The notes: generated from the letters alone by a model not told the origin. 64,000 bases of DNA from Lama glama (GCA_028534125.1 CM052816.1:41418001-41482000); one strand, 5' to 3'. Counted from the first letter of the stretch, positions 13,540 to 27,865 are shown. Translations and numbers: made by a program.

Positions 13540-14330
13540 GGGGAGAGAAATTTCTTTGCTTGTTTAATTGAAAAAAAATCGAGAAGTTCATGATTTCAGA
13601 CATGACTACATCCAGGGACTCAAAGACAATTGATTGGGTCTCTCTCTCTCTCACTGTCTCTCTCGTAAGCCTGTGTATTGATTAACAACAGCATATATCA
13701 AGGCTGAGTAACATAGTGATAATAAACACAAGTTCCAGATCCAGACTGCCTAGATTCTAATCTCAGCTTTACCATTAGCCATAAAACTTTGGGCAAGTCA
13801 TTTAGCCTCATTTACCTCATCTAGATCGAGGGCGATAAAATGCTGACCCTGCCTCTAAGGTTACTGTAGGATAAACGATTAAATGTGTGGTTAGTTAACA
13901 CATAGCAATTGCTCAATTAATCTTGACTCTATTTCGTCTGCATTAACTTCAATCTCAGATAGGCTCTCCTCAGACAGGCTCTCCACAAATGGTAGCAAAA
14001 CTGCTACGAGCAGCCCAAGATTTTTATTATTAGGTTTAAATCTGCTGTAAAGAAAGCTATTCTGTCCCCAGTAATTCCAACATATAGCTCAGAAATTATC
14101 TTCCTGTCTTCTATTATGTAGTTATCCATGACCCAAGCACTGTGGATAGACTAATGCGATTTGCTGACTGGATCACATAATCACTCCTGGATCAAAGCTG
14201 GTGGCATCAGTCCCAACCTAACAACGTGGATTGACAATGGAAAAGAGGCAATGCTCAAAAAAAAAAAAAAAAGGCTGATGCCTTTACTGTAAGAAAGGAG
14301 AATGTACTGGCTAAGCTAAAACATCAAATG
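13540..14330. mobile_element. MLT1J/K-like LTR relic with nested MIR (~13710-13920)
   Basis: TTCAGACATGACTACATCCAGGGACTCAAAGA...TGCTGACTGG...GGATCAAAGCTGGTGG; MIR core CTTTGGGCAAGTCATTTAGCCTC. Confidence 0.55.
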
Positions 14331-16629
14331 TGCAAGAGCAGAGAGGATCCTGTAGGTTTTCTTGAGCAGCTCATCCAGGTATCAATCAGAGGCTTGTTAA
14401 CAGAGGGGCAAAAAATGGGAAAGTAGGGATGGAAGCTGTGATGAAAATGAATGTTGTGATTAGCTGAATGGGGAGGGAACATACTGTGAAAATCCCACTG
14501 TCATGAATTATTCCTTGAGCCTCTATATGTGTATAGTGGAAATGATCTTCTATAAATGATCTTCTAGAACATGCTTGGTGCAGTAATTGTGCTAAGATGG
14601 TAGGTGGTGGGCAGTGGATATGGGGATTTAAAACACTGACGAGGCAATGTGGAGACACAAATTTCTGTCGTCTGTAGGCAATACCACCTTGTCACTTAAT
14701 TACAGCCGGTCTAAGGCACCCAGGTATTTTCTAAGTATGCAAGTCTGTACACTTTTTTTTTTAAACTCGTTCTTTAACTTTCTTTTTTCTTTTCTTTTTC
14801 TTTTGCCAGTCTATACATTTTTATGCCTAATCAAGTTTATCACTTTTATGTTCTCATCTTTCTTGAACAACTCCCCTCCCTCTCCCCCACAATAAATGCT
14901 CCCAGATTCTTCCTTTAAGGGGACACTAACTAGATCACAGATTTAACAATTACTTCATTTTTAAACTTTATTTTCTTATTAAAATATCAGTGTCATGAGG
15001 AGGGATTTGACTGCCCCCATCAGGAGTGTGGCCTCTACAGTATAGCTAACATCAGTTATGGTCTGTCCTTTGGTCAAACTCCAATTGCAGTTGTGGCTCA
15101 TCCTATGCTTATCATCATAAGAATGTAAACACTGTGCCTTGCCTCATCCTTATCTATTTTCACAATGTCTTGATGATCTTACCCTTTCCTCTGAATTCAG
15201 TAAGTTTAAACATTCTGCTTTTTATAACCTACATTAATATAATTCCATTCTCTAATAAGACATTTTCTCTCTGATCAGTTGTACTCAACACCAGGGATCT
15301 GAACTCTCAGATCCTTCAAATTCCTTTAGCAGAGGCCCCAAGCACATCCCCTCCAGAAGGTGACTTAACTCCTCTCTCTTTCTGTCTCTTTGAATCCTCC
15401 TTTTCAGAGTGGGGGGAACCCTAGGCTAGTTTTGTTTTTGTTTTTGTTTAGTGTGTTATGAATAATGGATTAAAAGGAAATGAAATTGTAGTGGACATAG
15501 ATTATATCAAAATGCATTGCAAGTAATAAAAGTTTTTTATGTGAAACTTTTGTTTCTATAACATATATATACAATGAACATTATACATATATGTGAACTG
15601 GGTGATAAAACAATGTTTGCTATTGTCATTAGTGGTGCTTTGAAAGCTTGGTAGCTATTAGGCCTAGCTTTTGATACGTTAAATGCAAGTAAAAAGGAGT
15701 TTGGGAAAACCTTTTTGACCTCCAGGTTTGCAAGACAATTATCTTTATAGAGAGGTCAGGAAAGTCAGCTTTTGAGTCTAAATCTTATCCTTTTTGGTAT
15801 AGCTTCTTTTGTATAATAGCCTTGGGCTCCTTTTGTGCAATGAGCCTCAAACCCAAGGGAAGAAAGGCTGCAAAGAAGCACTCTTGTATCAGCAACATAT
15901 CATCTCACCCTATGAAACATGCCAATTATAAGCCTTGGGCTTCCATATGGATTTGCAGTTGCTTAAGCAAGAAAGGCAGCTTTTCTTCATGACCCCAGGA
16001 CACGTTTGAGGAGGTGAAGCAGTGATGGCTTGCAGCTCCCTTGGACAGCTGTGCGAGGAGATGCTGATACCTGCAGAGCAAGCAGTTCCTCTTTTGAAGG
16101 AAGGTGGGTATGTATAAATATTGTGGTCAGCATTCCTCTCCCTCATGTCTGAGCTTCAACAGATGCACTTATTTCACTAGAATGTAAGGATTTTTGTTGA
16201 TGGCTATATCATTAGTAACCAGAAAAGCATCCAGCATGTAGTGTGTGCTAAAAAAAATTTGTTGAAAAAGCTGCTGATTTAGTGTATTTTTGCACATGTC
16301 TTTAAGAAAACTATGTTCCCAGAATCAACAGTTAGCAGCAAAATATTCATTGTCTCTACATAGGGACTGGAGGTTAAGTTTGCCTGGGCTGCAGACCGTT
16401 GGGCACGAGAATGACCATGGTGACTAAATTACCCACAGAGGTCCAGAATAGAGAGCCAAGCCAGAGTCCCAAATTCAGGATTTTAGGGTTAGAACTTACA
16501 CAGACGTGTCAAGGTTAGGAAGTAGAAGAGATAGAATGAGGGCTCAGGATACATATAAGAAGTAGACTGTAAACAGGTACTGGGGGCCAGAATGTCTTTG
16601 CAAATCTAATGGGCAGTTTCTTTTACAGG

Positions 16630-18900
16630 CCTACAAGTAAGTGGCACATGGTGAGTTAGAACACTTAATTAGAGATGCAACACTGAAAGAGAAAAATGGG
16701 AGGATGGTTAAAGAAAAAAGATTGGATATGTAGGTGGGGTTTTAGGCAAAAAAGAAAAAAAGTGAAGGCCTGAATACAGCAGAGAAAAAAAACAGACTTT
16801 AGACACTCTTCTGATTAGAATTTTCAAGACTTGGTGACCAATTGTTAGTATAATATGAAGGAAGAATAACAATGATAAAGGTAATTTATTTTGGGGAACT
16901 GGGAAGATAGTGATTGTATTAAAAAAAGAGATGGAGACTCTATGAGGGAGCAATTTTCTTCCTCCATAAATTCATTACCTTTATAAATTTAATTTTGAAC
17001 ACAATGAATTTGAAGTGTCTGTACAAAATTCAAGCTGAGAGGTAAAAAAGGCCTTTGGAAATTTTCATCTAGATCTCAGAGAAAAGGTTAGAGTTGGCCA
17101 AACAATCTTGAGAAAGAAGAACAGAGGTGGAGGCATGCAGCTCCCTGACTTCAGACAATACTACAAAGCTACAGTCATCAAAATAGTACGGTACTGGCAC
17201 AAAAGGAGACACATAGATCAGTGGAATAGAATAGAAAGCCCAGAAATAAACCCACACATTTATGGACAATTAATCTTTGGCAAAGGAGGCAAAAATAGAC
17301 AATAGAGAAAAGACAGCCTCTTCAATAAGCGATGCTAGGAAAACTGGACAGCTGCATGTAAAAGAATAAAATTAGTACATTTTCTCAACTATATACAAAA
17401 ATAAACTCAAAATGGATTAAAGACTTAAATTTAAGACCAGAATCCATAAAACTCCTAGAAGACAACATAAGCGGAACATGCTTTGACATAAATCATAGCA
17501 ATATTTTTTTGGATCAGTCTTGTAAGGCAAAGGAAATAAAAACAAAAGCAAACAAATGGAACCTAATTCAACTTAAAAGCTTTTGCATAGCAAAGGAAAT
17601 CACTGACAAAGTGAAGAGTCAACCTACTGAATAGGAGAGAATATTTGCAAATGATATGACCAATAAGGGGTTAACATCCAAAATACATAAACAGCTCATA
17701 TATCTCAACGTCAAAAAAAAAAAAGATTAAAAAATGGACATAAGACCTGAACAGACATTTTTTCTTAAGATGACGTACAGATGGCCAATAGGCACAAGAA
17801 ATGATGCTCAATATCACTAATCATCAGAGAAATGCGAATCAAAACCACAATGAGATATTACCTCATACCTATCAGAATGGCTATTGTCAAAAAGACCACA
17901 AATAACCAATGGGAGAAAAGGGAATCCTTGTACACTGTTGGTGGGAATGAAAATTGATGCAGACACTGTGGAGAACAGTATGGAGGTTCTTCAAAAAACT
18001 AAAAGTAGAACTACCATCTGATGCAGGAATTCCACTCCTGGGTGTATATCCAAAGAAAATGAAAACACGAATTCAAAAAGTACACCATAATGTTCATAGC
18101 AGCATCATTTATAATAGCCAAGATATGGAAGCAACCTAAATGTCCATCAACAGATGAATGGATAAAGAAGATGTGGTATAGATATACCACATATATTATA
18201 TATATATACACACACACACCCCAATATTCAATGGAATATTACTCACCCATAAAAAGGAACAAAATTTTGCCATTTGCAACAACTTGGATGGACCTGGAGA
18301 GTATTATGCTTAGTAAAATATGTCAGACAGAGAAAGACAAATACTGATGTTACAACTTCTATGTGGAATCTAAAAAAATTAAGCAAATGAATGGATATAA
18401 CAACAAAAATAGACTCAAAGATATAGAAAACTAGTGGTTACCAGTGGAAAGAGGGGAGTGGGGAGGGTCAATACAGGGGTATGGGGGTAAGAGGCACAAA
18501 CTACTACATATAAAATAAATAAGCTACAAGGATACATTGTACAGTACAGGGAATATAACCATTATTTTATAATTACTTAAAATGAAATATAATCTATAAA
18601 AAATTTGAATCACTATGTTGCACATCTGAAATGAATCAAATAGTGTAAATTGACTATATACCTCAATAAAAAATGATAAATTAATTTTTCAAAAGAGGTT
18701 AGAGTTGGAGCCAAAGATATAGGAATCCATTTGTGTGTAAGTGTTGATTAATTTCATAGGACTAATTTAAATGCAAAGGTTGCTCTTGGGATCTTACAGA
18801 GAAAAGAGAGGGAAGGATGGAAGGATGAGGCAATCTAAAATTTGGGGGCAAATGGAAGAAAGCAATCTAGTAAGAGAAATACAGATCAAATAGGACCAGT
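16630..18900 (+). mobile_element. L2 relic split by the L1 at 17098-18695
   Basis: TCAAGACTTGGTGACCAATT...GAATTTGAAGTGTCTGT...TAGAGTTGGAGCCAAAGATATAGGAATC continues across the L1. Confidence 0.6.
17098..18695 (+). mobile_element. 5'-truncated LINE-1, ~1.6 kb (3' part of ORF2 + 3' UTR)
   Basis: ORF pieces [38 protein letters not shown] and KIWKQPKCPSTDEWIKKMWY. TSD AGGTTAGAGTTGG at 17085-17097 and 18696-18708. Confidence 0.95.
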
Positions 18901-19029
18901 GGTATTTAAGAAAATGAATTAATACCTATCATTCTTTCCTCCACGATTATGCCACAGATGATAGACAAGACTAATCAGCTCATTCAAATTTCTCCCTTTC
19001 TCTCCCACTATGTCCATATACACATATAT

Positions 19030-19370
19030 GTATACTGTTGCAGGTTGAGATCCCAGGAAACAGACTCTGAGATTCTGATACACGTAGGAAGCCTGCTGAG
19101 GGTGGAGGACACTCTAGGGAACAAGATCTGTGAGCGGTAAGATAAGTAGGATTGGACACAGGGAGAAGTTGAACTGTGATGCAGTTGTAACAGAGTCCTC
19201 AGCTGACCCGTGGGAGCTCTGAAGCCCCTTCAGAGAAGTTCTGAATTAAGGTAAGGGGCCCAAGCCTTTGGATCCTTACATCAATGGAGAGGGTGTAAAC
19301 TTGGATAAGGTCGCTTCTTTAGGTCAAGATGAATTTCCAGAGAAGAATGTAGCTAAATGGTTGCACCTGC
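19030..19370 (-). mobile_element. LTR16A-like ERVL LTR relic
   Basis: CCCAGGAAACAGACTCTGAGA...GTAGGATTGGACACAGGGAGAAGTTGAACTGTGATGCAGT. Confidence 0.6.
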
Positions 19371-22300
19371 TGCCGCCAGCAAAGCTGCTAGTCAGAACAA
19401 CTTTTCAACTCATATCCCAGAGGCAGAGACAGCATAAACCTGGGCAGGAAAACCAAGGTGGAGGGAGTTCATTTCTTCCCTGAGAGAAACAGTCATAAAA
19501 ATGATCACTCTTATGCTTCTGATCTTTACAGTTTTCTCATCTTGTTGTCTTTAAATGGGAACTGTGTTATATTATTTAGAACTATCTAAATAATAACAAA
19601 CAGAATTTTTGCCAGAAATTATTAAAGCTTATCAAAGTTCTAAGAATAATTCTAATAGGCATATAGATGTCATTATAATGCTCTGTAAGTAGTGATTTCT
19701 ATAAATTATCCAAACTTAATACTATAGTACAAAGCAAACCTAAAAGAGTTTCATGCTTTTTAAAAAAATATTTCCAGGTTGTCTCAAATCTTCTTTGTAA
19801 AGAATTTGAATATTATAAACATTAACATATTAATATAAAAATAGTTAATGGAAAACTAGATAATAGGATCAGGAAAATGCATCAGATTTATCTGTAAATT
19901 CAGATAAGGTAAATTAAGGATTTTGAATTAAGTAATTCTGAGGGGGTAAACCTGACTTTACTCAAGCCTAAATTTCTTCAGATCTCTTCTGAATCCACTA
20001 CAAAGTTCATGACTAGTTTCCATATCAGGGACACAAATTAAAGAAGTGATTAGTTGTCGGGAGTTCATATTAAAGACAAAATTAAGCAAACTTTGCCATC
20101 AAGTGGCTAGGTAATTTTGGATACATCACGTAAGCTATTTAGCCTTTTCTTTTCTTACCTATAAAATCAGGGGGTTAGACAATTACTAAGTACCCTGTAT
20201 TCTCTAAGAAATATATCAGAGGTAAAAATGATTCATGAGCAATGAGTTCAGACAGCATGTAGCATGTTACTGAAGGAAGAGTTTTTAAAGCAGAATTATA
20301 AAATTTTGCCTCAAATGTATGTAAACTATAGAATCCTTGAAAGTAGTCAAGGACTGCCCTCTCCTGTTAATTATATGGTAAAGATAAGAAATAAACCAAA
20401 TACACAGTGTTTTTATTTTAAACTAACTTGAAAGATTCCTACCGCCCCTCCCAACAAATACTCATTTACTCAGAAAGGAGGAAGTATATTAACATATACA
20501 TTCATGTGGGTCTGATTGTAAAAATTTACAGTAAAAGCCCAGGGCTACCATTGCATTAAGAAATTTATCCAAGAAAATAATATGTAACCTATTAGGCATC
20601 ATGAATTCAGGTCATTAAATGCAAGGGTAATATTTACAAGGCATAAAAACATGTTTATGCCATAAAGAAGCAGAGTTAATACAGTCACAGTTTTGCCTCT
20701 GAAAAAGCAGCAATTTCTACTATATACATGCTTACCAAAAATCTCAAAGCTCAAGGATATATTCCAAGTATAAAGGTAATGTCCCCTGACAACTAATTAT
20801 GCTTTTTAGATATTTTATTTAAATTTCCTTTGTTTTTATTTTTTTTTAGTTTTATTTATTTATGGTCATTGTTGTTTTATTCTGAGCATCAGAAATCAGC
20901 ATTTTAAATTTGCAACATGAATTCTTTATATCTACATTCAAAATATAACTACTTTATTCATTCAACAACTTTTTCTTTTAAGTTGAGATGTAACTCAGAT
21001 ACCATAAAATTCACTCTTTACAAGGGTACAGTTCAGTGGTTTTTAGCCACAATAGACACCAACTATTTCTTGAAAGCCTACTATGCACCAGGTTTCTGTT
21101 CAATTTGATATTCACGCACTACAAGGCAGAGTTTTGCAATTACAACATGTACATTTCATAACTATGCCAGATAAACCAGGCAATGTTGGAATAATTACTG
21201 GTTCCTGACCAGAGATCAATTTAGCCAATGTTGAAAATGAAACATGCTTTCAAAGTTAAAAACAATGCAGCGTGCAGAGTCAAGAACTGTTTCCCCTTTG
21301 CATAGCTTGGCCTGCTTGTGAACATAGACTGAATCTCTGTTATTGGCTGCGTAGATGAGGAATGATTTATCAGCAGGTAGAACTGGAGATCAAGATCATA
21401 GAATTTTAGAACTAGGAAGTGTCTTAGAGATCATTTATATCTTCTATCTCCACCATACAGATCAGGGTACCAAAGACCAGAGGGTTAACAACCAGCTCCA
21501 AGTTACAAACTCAGCAAAGCTTTCAGATTCTTACCTAATGCTTGTTTCTTTATAACAGTTTGCAAACTGCATTTCTCAGGGACTCAGGATTCTTGGAGGA
21601 ACTCAAAGAGCTTCTAGGATGATGGCAGGGTGTCTGAATAAAAAAGCCCCTTCATCTCTCCCTAACTTCGACTCTAACATCTTTGACTTTATAAGATTCT
21701 AAGCAAGCTTTTGTTTTAAAATAGCTTTACTGATAAAAAAAAAATTGAAAGGTTTTCAAAATTGCTAAACTACTCTATAGTATCGGGAGGAGGTCTGGAC
21801 CTAGTACTGCACACTCAGTTTAAATATCCTGCCTAGAAAACTGCTCAACACCATCTAAACACTTAACCGGTTTCTTAGTAAATGGTGTATGTTTTAGAAA
21901 TTGCTCCCTTTTCATGCTAGCAGAAGCTTTAAAATATATTATGCATGCTTGAAAACCCCCAAAAGAAAGCATTTTTCATTTACTGACCTCAATTTCGGGT
22001 AGTGAAATTACAGGAAAAAATATAGATGACTATATTTATTCACTGAATGCCAATCTATCTATATTCAAAAACAGTTTTTATAAAATTAATCTGAATGGAA
22101 ACTAGAATAGCATCTTCCCTAGAATACTTCATTTTTAAAAATAAAGCACTTATAAAGAGTTTGAGGTCAAATTATGTCTAAAGGAGTAATAAAGATGCTC
22201 TGCTGAAGAGTCTATAGTCAAATATACGTTCCTGTACGAGTATAGTACTACTATGAGCATAACAAGTATTTATTTCCTAAGGGGACTGGCCTTTGAGGAG

Positions 22301-22469
22301 TACGAAAGGCTGACTTGGTATTTGGAGTGCCCAATATGTTTACGAAGTGTCATCAAATGTGTTGGAGTAAAAAAGAGTGGGTGCAGACACTCACTATATC
22401 AAAGTTCTTTGAAAGTCATTTCAATAAATGTACTTCCATAGCAACTCTGATGCTTTCTTTGGTCACTTA

Positions 22470-23010
22470 CTATATTCCAGGGCTGCCATTACAAAGTACC
22501 ACAAACTGGGTGACTTAGACAAAGGAAATTGATTTTCTCAGAGTCCTGTGATGCAAGAAGCCCGAGATCAAGGTGTCAGCAGGGTTTTCTTCTGAAGCCT
22601 CTCTCCCTAGGCTTGTGGATGGCTGTCTTTGCCCAGGGTCTTCAAGTGGTCTTCCCTCTGTACCTGTCTGTTTCCAAATTTTTTCTTATAAGGCCACCAA
22701 GTATACTGGAGTGGGCCCCTCTTAATGATCTCATTTTAACTGAATTACCTCTTTTTTATTTTTAATTTTTTAAATAAATTTTTTGGGGGAGGAGGTGATT
22801 AGGTTTATTTATTTTTAATGGAGGGACTGGGGACTGAATCCAGGATCTGGTGCTTGCTAAGCACGCACTCTACCACTGAGCTGAGCTATACCCTCCCTCC
22901 CTTGAATTATCTCTCTAAAGAACTTATCTACAAATGCAGTCACATTCTCAGGTCCTGAGGGTTAGGACTTCAGTATATGAATTTTGGGAGGACACAATTC
23001 AGTCCACAAT
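22470..23010. mobile_element. MLT1A/B/C-like LTR interrupted by a SINE
   Basis: CAGGGCTGCCATTACAAAGTACCACAAACTGGGTGACTTA...GAGATCAAGGTGTCAGCAGG...GAATTTTGGGAGGACACAATTCAGTCCACA. Confidence 0.85.
22753..22902 (-). mobile_element. vic-1-type SINE inserted in the MLT1 LTR
   Basis: Reverse strand reads GGGAGGGAGGGTATAGCTCAGCTCAGTGGTAGAGTGCGTGCTTAGC. TSD TGAATTA(C/T)CTCT at 22741-22752 and 22903-22914. Confidence 0.9.
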
Positions 23011-23029
23011 GCTTACAGGCAGCAATAAA

Positions 23030-23410
23030 TGCTGCTGGTAAATATATAACAAGCAGCCCTCCAAAAAGAAAATGCCCTGAATTGTAGCATTTACTTATTT
23101 CTGTGGTTAAAAGCCTCCTATCACAGCCAGGGTCAAGCTACCAGTGTGATTCCTCTGAACGCAGAGCTGGGGAGAGATATGTAGCAGCATACCATTTTAT
23201 AGGCTTTCTCCTACAGAAATACAAAGCTGTAAATAAACTTAAGAACAGAGATCAGGAGTCAGCAAACTTTTCTGTATATTAGGCCAGGTAATAAATATTT
23301 TCGAATTTGCTCAACTCTGTGTCGTAGCATGAAAGCAGCCATAAACCATATGGAAAGGGATGGGCATGGCTGTGTTCCAACAAAACTTTAGTTTGCAGTT
23401 GGTCTTTTCC
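23030..23410. mobile_element. MER63-like followed by MER58A-like hAT relics
   Basis: TGTAGCATTT...TCAAGCTACCAGTGTGA...GAGCTGGGGAGAGAT, then CAGGAGTCAGCAAACTTTTCTGTA...GGCATGGCTGTGTTCCAACAAAACTTTA. Confidence 0.65.
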
Positions 23411-25519
23411 TAGTGATAAGGAGTTGGGGAGATCAAGTGTTCTAACTGCTTCTTCAGCAGCTTTCAACCAGCCCTTCATGTTTCAGCCTTCCTCCCCACC
23501 CCTGCCCAATGACGTTCTCCTGCTACAGTTGTTGGTACCCCCTGAGCTTTCTCAGGCTGGATCAGCAGCACAGCCATGAAAGGGCACCACATAGATCTTC
23601 CTTCAAGACAGAACTTGCCATTCAGCTGCAGTGGATTCTAGTAAGCTACCTGTCTCATCTACAGCATTTTTAAGATTTGCTATAGGGTTCCAGTTGAGGT
23701 GACCTCTTCCTTGGCAGCCCTCGGCCAATGACTGAGTGTGGTGACGGTACTAGGGCCATTTCTGTCCAGCGTGGGATTTCTGTGACAGGCAGTGTTTGCT
23801 CCAGAGCCCCACACTGTATTGACTGAGCTTTTGTCAGGTCTGTATCACCATCTTAAGCTTTTTTTTCCCAATCCCACTTTCTCCCCCCTTTTCTATTTTT
23901 CAATAGACTTCTTGTACTCGGAGCTTCATATCTTCTATTTCTTGGAACACCCAAGGCGACACAGTGGGTAAAAGGAGGAGTCGGAGAACACAGGCAGTAT
24001 GATGGGGGTGGGGCTAGATCAGAACTGTCCCACTATCAACCAACCTCATTCCCGATGGTATTTGGGGCATAGATAGTCCTTGGCAAAACGTGGTGGCCTG
24101 ATTACTAAATCTCTCACTAGTTATGACTTGGGAGATTATTCTGATACAGAGGAATGCCTGGCTGGGGAAAAATGCAGGCAGTTCAAAAGTTTGTTTACGC
24201 GTATGGAACAATGGACACAAGTTATTATTGGCTGGCCATTATTAACTTGCATTGAGGCCTACAGAAAGTTAATGAAAACCTCAGAGTAGTTAACAAACAA
24301 GTGAAAACTCACTGCTTCACAAGGAAAACAACGGCTTCTTTAGTCACTTCCACAGAAGCCCTTATCTCCTCATCTCTGGGAAAACAGAAACAGCTTTAAC
24401 ACCAAACTCAGAACTTAATCATCAAGAAGGTTCAAAAATAACTGAAGCCAAGGATAGGTAACTTGCTGGAAAATCTGGGACCCTGACACGCGGATGGAGA
24501 CAGCTGGGTAGATGCCCCCAAAGATTCTGGCTACCCTCAGAGCCTACCCGCCTTCATTTCTAAAAACTAGTACAAGCAGGAAGCCACTGCAGTGAGTGCT
24601 TCCCAGTAAGACAACAGAGGGCCCCTCAGAAACCCATCCCACCTCCTCTCAGGGCTGCCACACCAACAGCTAGATGAAAGTCACAGCATAACCCACATGG
24701 GAATGTGCTAGGCCTGATCTATACCCCAAAGGATGTGCAAGAATTAGTCAGCACATACTGGAAGGAAATGGGGAGTATTTAGGACTGGATTTTGACGGTG
24801 CTTGATCAAGAGAGATAGAAAGTGAATCTGGATAAGGTTGAGCTTATTGACTTGGAGGCATTCTTGGGATATGGGATTTAACACCCTGGCACCAGGGCGT
24901 GGTGCAAACTCCCTGTCAGGATGATTCCCAGAAGTCTAGAGGAAGTAATTGTCTGGCTGAGATGCTAAAATGCCAGAATTGCAGAAAGTGGAGTGTGGGT
25001 CTAAGAAGTTCAGGGAAGTGGGAAGGCTAATGGGAATATATTATGTGAGGCCAGAAGCCCACAGGGAAAAAATCATGTTCCCTAGGACAGGCCAGAGGGT
25101 ATACCATTCACTGAGGTTATTGGGAGTGCCCTGCTAAAAGAGATGCCACCCTCACTAAGAAGTTCAGGGACAGCTCACCTCTGAGGGCCAAGGTTCACAG
25201 TAGGCGACGCTGTCACAGACTTGGCCCATTAATTGCAATGGGAAAGATGGGGTCCAGAAGCACAGTAGATCCAGGAGGCAGAACTTAATGCCAAAAATCA
25301 GGGTAGTCACAATTATCATAGTGACTGGCAAAATATTAGAGTGACAGCCAAGGGAGCTTAACCTGGAGAGAGTTGTGGAGATGTTTTACAGAACCCAGTG
25401 CCCCTGGGGGAAAAACAGATGGTCAGACAAGGGTACTGCATAATTTATGTCATCAAAGAAAAAAGTTAGATGAGATGCCTGAGGGTGGCCACTACAATAA
25501 GAAATGTCATAATAAATTG

Positions 25520-25695
25520 GGAATTCAAAAATTGCACCTCTTGGGGAGAGATGGAAATGTTAGCTATCTTGATTGAGGTAGTGGTTTCATTGGAATATAC
25601 ATCTATCAAAATTCATAAAATTGTACAACTGAAATATGTGTAGTTTACTTTATAGGAACCATAGCACAATAAATGTATTCCAAAAAAAAAAAAAG
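25520..25695 (+). mobile_element. Short old L1 3' end nested in the ERV
   Basis: GGAGAGATGGAAATGTTAGCTATCTTGATTGAGGTAGTGGTTTCA...AATAAATG followed by an A13 tail. Confidence 0.75.
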
Positions 25696-26274
25696 TCATG
25701 ATCTCTTGCCCAGTTTCCAGATCTGAGCCAATTTTCAGACCCAGAACCTGTTGACAGCAGAGGTGGCCAGGTCCTGGAAGAAAGGACCCCACAACACTAT
25801 GCCAAATGTATATTGCAATGATTCTTCCAGTCCTTCCCCAAAGGGAGCTAGGCTATTTTCTCAGGGGACTGTGTACTGAGAAAAAGGAAATATCCAGACA
25901 TTTCAGGGAAAATTAGACACAGGGTCTGGGCTGACATTAGAGTAGAAACATTTAGAGGCCAGGTAATAAATGCAGTCCTGGCCAAATCGTAGCTCACAGC
26001 ACGTACACTGGGTCCATGGCAATCACTAGTGGCCATTTCCTCAGTCCCTGAAGACTACCATTGCAACTGTATACTCAGCAGGTGGGAGTAATCCCCCCAC
26101 ATTGGGGTTTAGCTCCTGAATGAAATAAGAGCTATTGCAATGGGGAAGGCCAAAAAGAAGTCTGGGAAACAGATACCCAGCCTACTTCAGACAAAATAAA
26201 CAAACCAACAAATCGTATTTTGGCTGGCAATGGTGGAGATCAGTGCCACTCTTAAGGATGCCTGGGTGGTGGTC

Positions 26275-26756
26275 TGTGACAGTTAATTTTCTGTGTCAGG
26301 CTGACTGAGTCACAGGCTGCCCAGATATTTGGTTAAACATTCTGGATATGTCTATGAGGGTGTTTCTGGATGAGATGAACATTTGAATTCGTAGATTGAA
26401 TAAACTACCAATGTGGGTGGGCCTCATCTAATCTGTTGAAGGCCTGACGAGAGCAAAAAGGCTGAGTAAGGAAGGATTTGCTCTCTCTGCCAGACTGTCT
26501 GTGAGCTGGGACATCAGTCATCTCCTGCCTTCAGACTCAGACTCAAACTGGAACTTACACCATCAGCATTCCTGGGCTTCAGGTCTTGGGACTTGGACTG
26601 GAACTACTCTATGGGCTCTCCTGGGTCTTCAGTTTGCCAACTGCTGATCTTGGAACTCTTCAGTCTCTAGAAATGCATGAGCCAATCCCCTACAATAAAC
26701 CTCTGTTTATAGATAGCCTACTGGTTCTGTTTCTCTGCAGAGCCTTGACTAATACA
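26275..26756 (+). mobile_element. MLT2-type solo LTR
   Basis: TG...CA termini (TGTGACAGTTAATTTT...GACTAATACA), internal AATAAA, and a perfect 5-bp TSD TGGTC at 26270-26274 and 26757-26761. Confidence 0.9.
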
Positions 26757-27731
26757 TGGTCCCTATCATATCTCTATTTAATTCAACTGTCTGCCTCCTG
26801 CAAAAACTGGATGAACCCTGGAGAATGACTACAGACTCCTGCAAGCCCAACCAAGTAGTAGCCCTAATTGCAGGTGCAAGGGTCTGTCTCCTTACGAGAG
26901 CATATTAATATGGTTTCAGGTACACAGTATGTGATAAAGCGAACTGAACCTTCTGCATGTTTATGCTACTTTCCTTTCTTTTTTAACAGTTGTTTCATCA
27001 ACACCTCACTTATCTGAATATTTTTAGTCAATTGTCTTCAGTTTTTAAAAAGGGTTCCACAAAAATTTCATAGAAACTGCTTGCCTTCTTACAGTTCATC
27101 AGTTTAAATAGTTTTTTCAATGACATAATTGCAAGAACGAGTGGCCTTATTAGCCTTAAGAACAAACACATCATCTCTTAAGATACACAATTCAACTTAT
27201 AGGTGCAGAAATGTATGTTGCACTAGAGCAGCTCACCACCTGTAAGCATTTGGAGATTCAGCATGCCCATGACTAGTGTGTTGTACAGATGGAATGGAGA
27301 AGGTCTGCTGTTCATTCCAAGGAATTAGAGTGGATTTAAAGATTAAGTGGAGCTCAGTTATGAGTGTGTTTACCCTCAGAAAGGACATGATTCTCATCTC
27401 CTCCTTCCTCCTGTGGGGGTGGGGGGAGCAGGGCACGGAGAATAGTGGTGGGGAAATGTACTTTTGCTTTTTTGACACTAAGCAGACATGATCTTATCAC
27501 TTGCCTGCCCCCAAACTACCATCAGTTCCCACTGCCTTCAAGACAAATAAACTCCTTAAAAGTAGTGAAAAAGGCCCATCACCAGCTCAGACTCCCTATC
27601 ATTTTGGTCATATTTCTACCTCATGCCACTTCCCCCTCGACCAAACTCTCTGTCGTGCCAAACCAGAGAACATCATGCTTTTCACTTAACAACTCTGCCA
27701 CTCAGTCCAGAATGACTTTTTTCCTTCTTTC

Positions 27732-27865
27732 TAGGGTAACTGCAAAATTTACTGTCCAAACTGGTACCCATATGATAGTGAAAGGGGACACCAACCAGAC
27801 GTGACAATGGGAAAACAGATACAAGTGGGAGTAGTCCTATGCAGACAGGTCTACGATCCCCCTAC
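27732..27865. mobile_element. MER81-like hAT-Blackjack MITE
   Basis: TAGGGTAACTGCAAAATTTACTGTCCAAACTGG...AGTGAAAGGGGACA. A second similar relic lies at ~39627-39722. Confidence 0.6.

Larger units (their letters stand above)
23580..26930 (+). mobile_element. Decayed ERVL-class provirus: LTR16B-like 5' LTR (~23580-23962) plus internal gag/pro/RT remnant
   Basis: LTR16B-like GGCAGCCCTCGGCCAATGACTGAG...CAATAGACTTCTTGTAC. The internal region carries an ERVL RT-like frame DAWVVVPIISLFNSTVCLLQKLDEPWRMTTDSCKPNQVVALIA once the nested MLT2 is removed. Confidence 0.8.
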
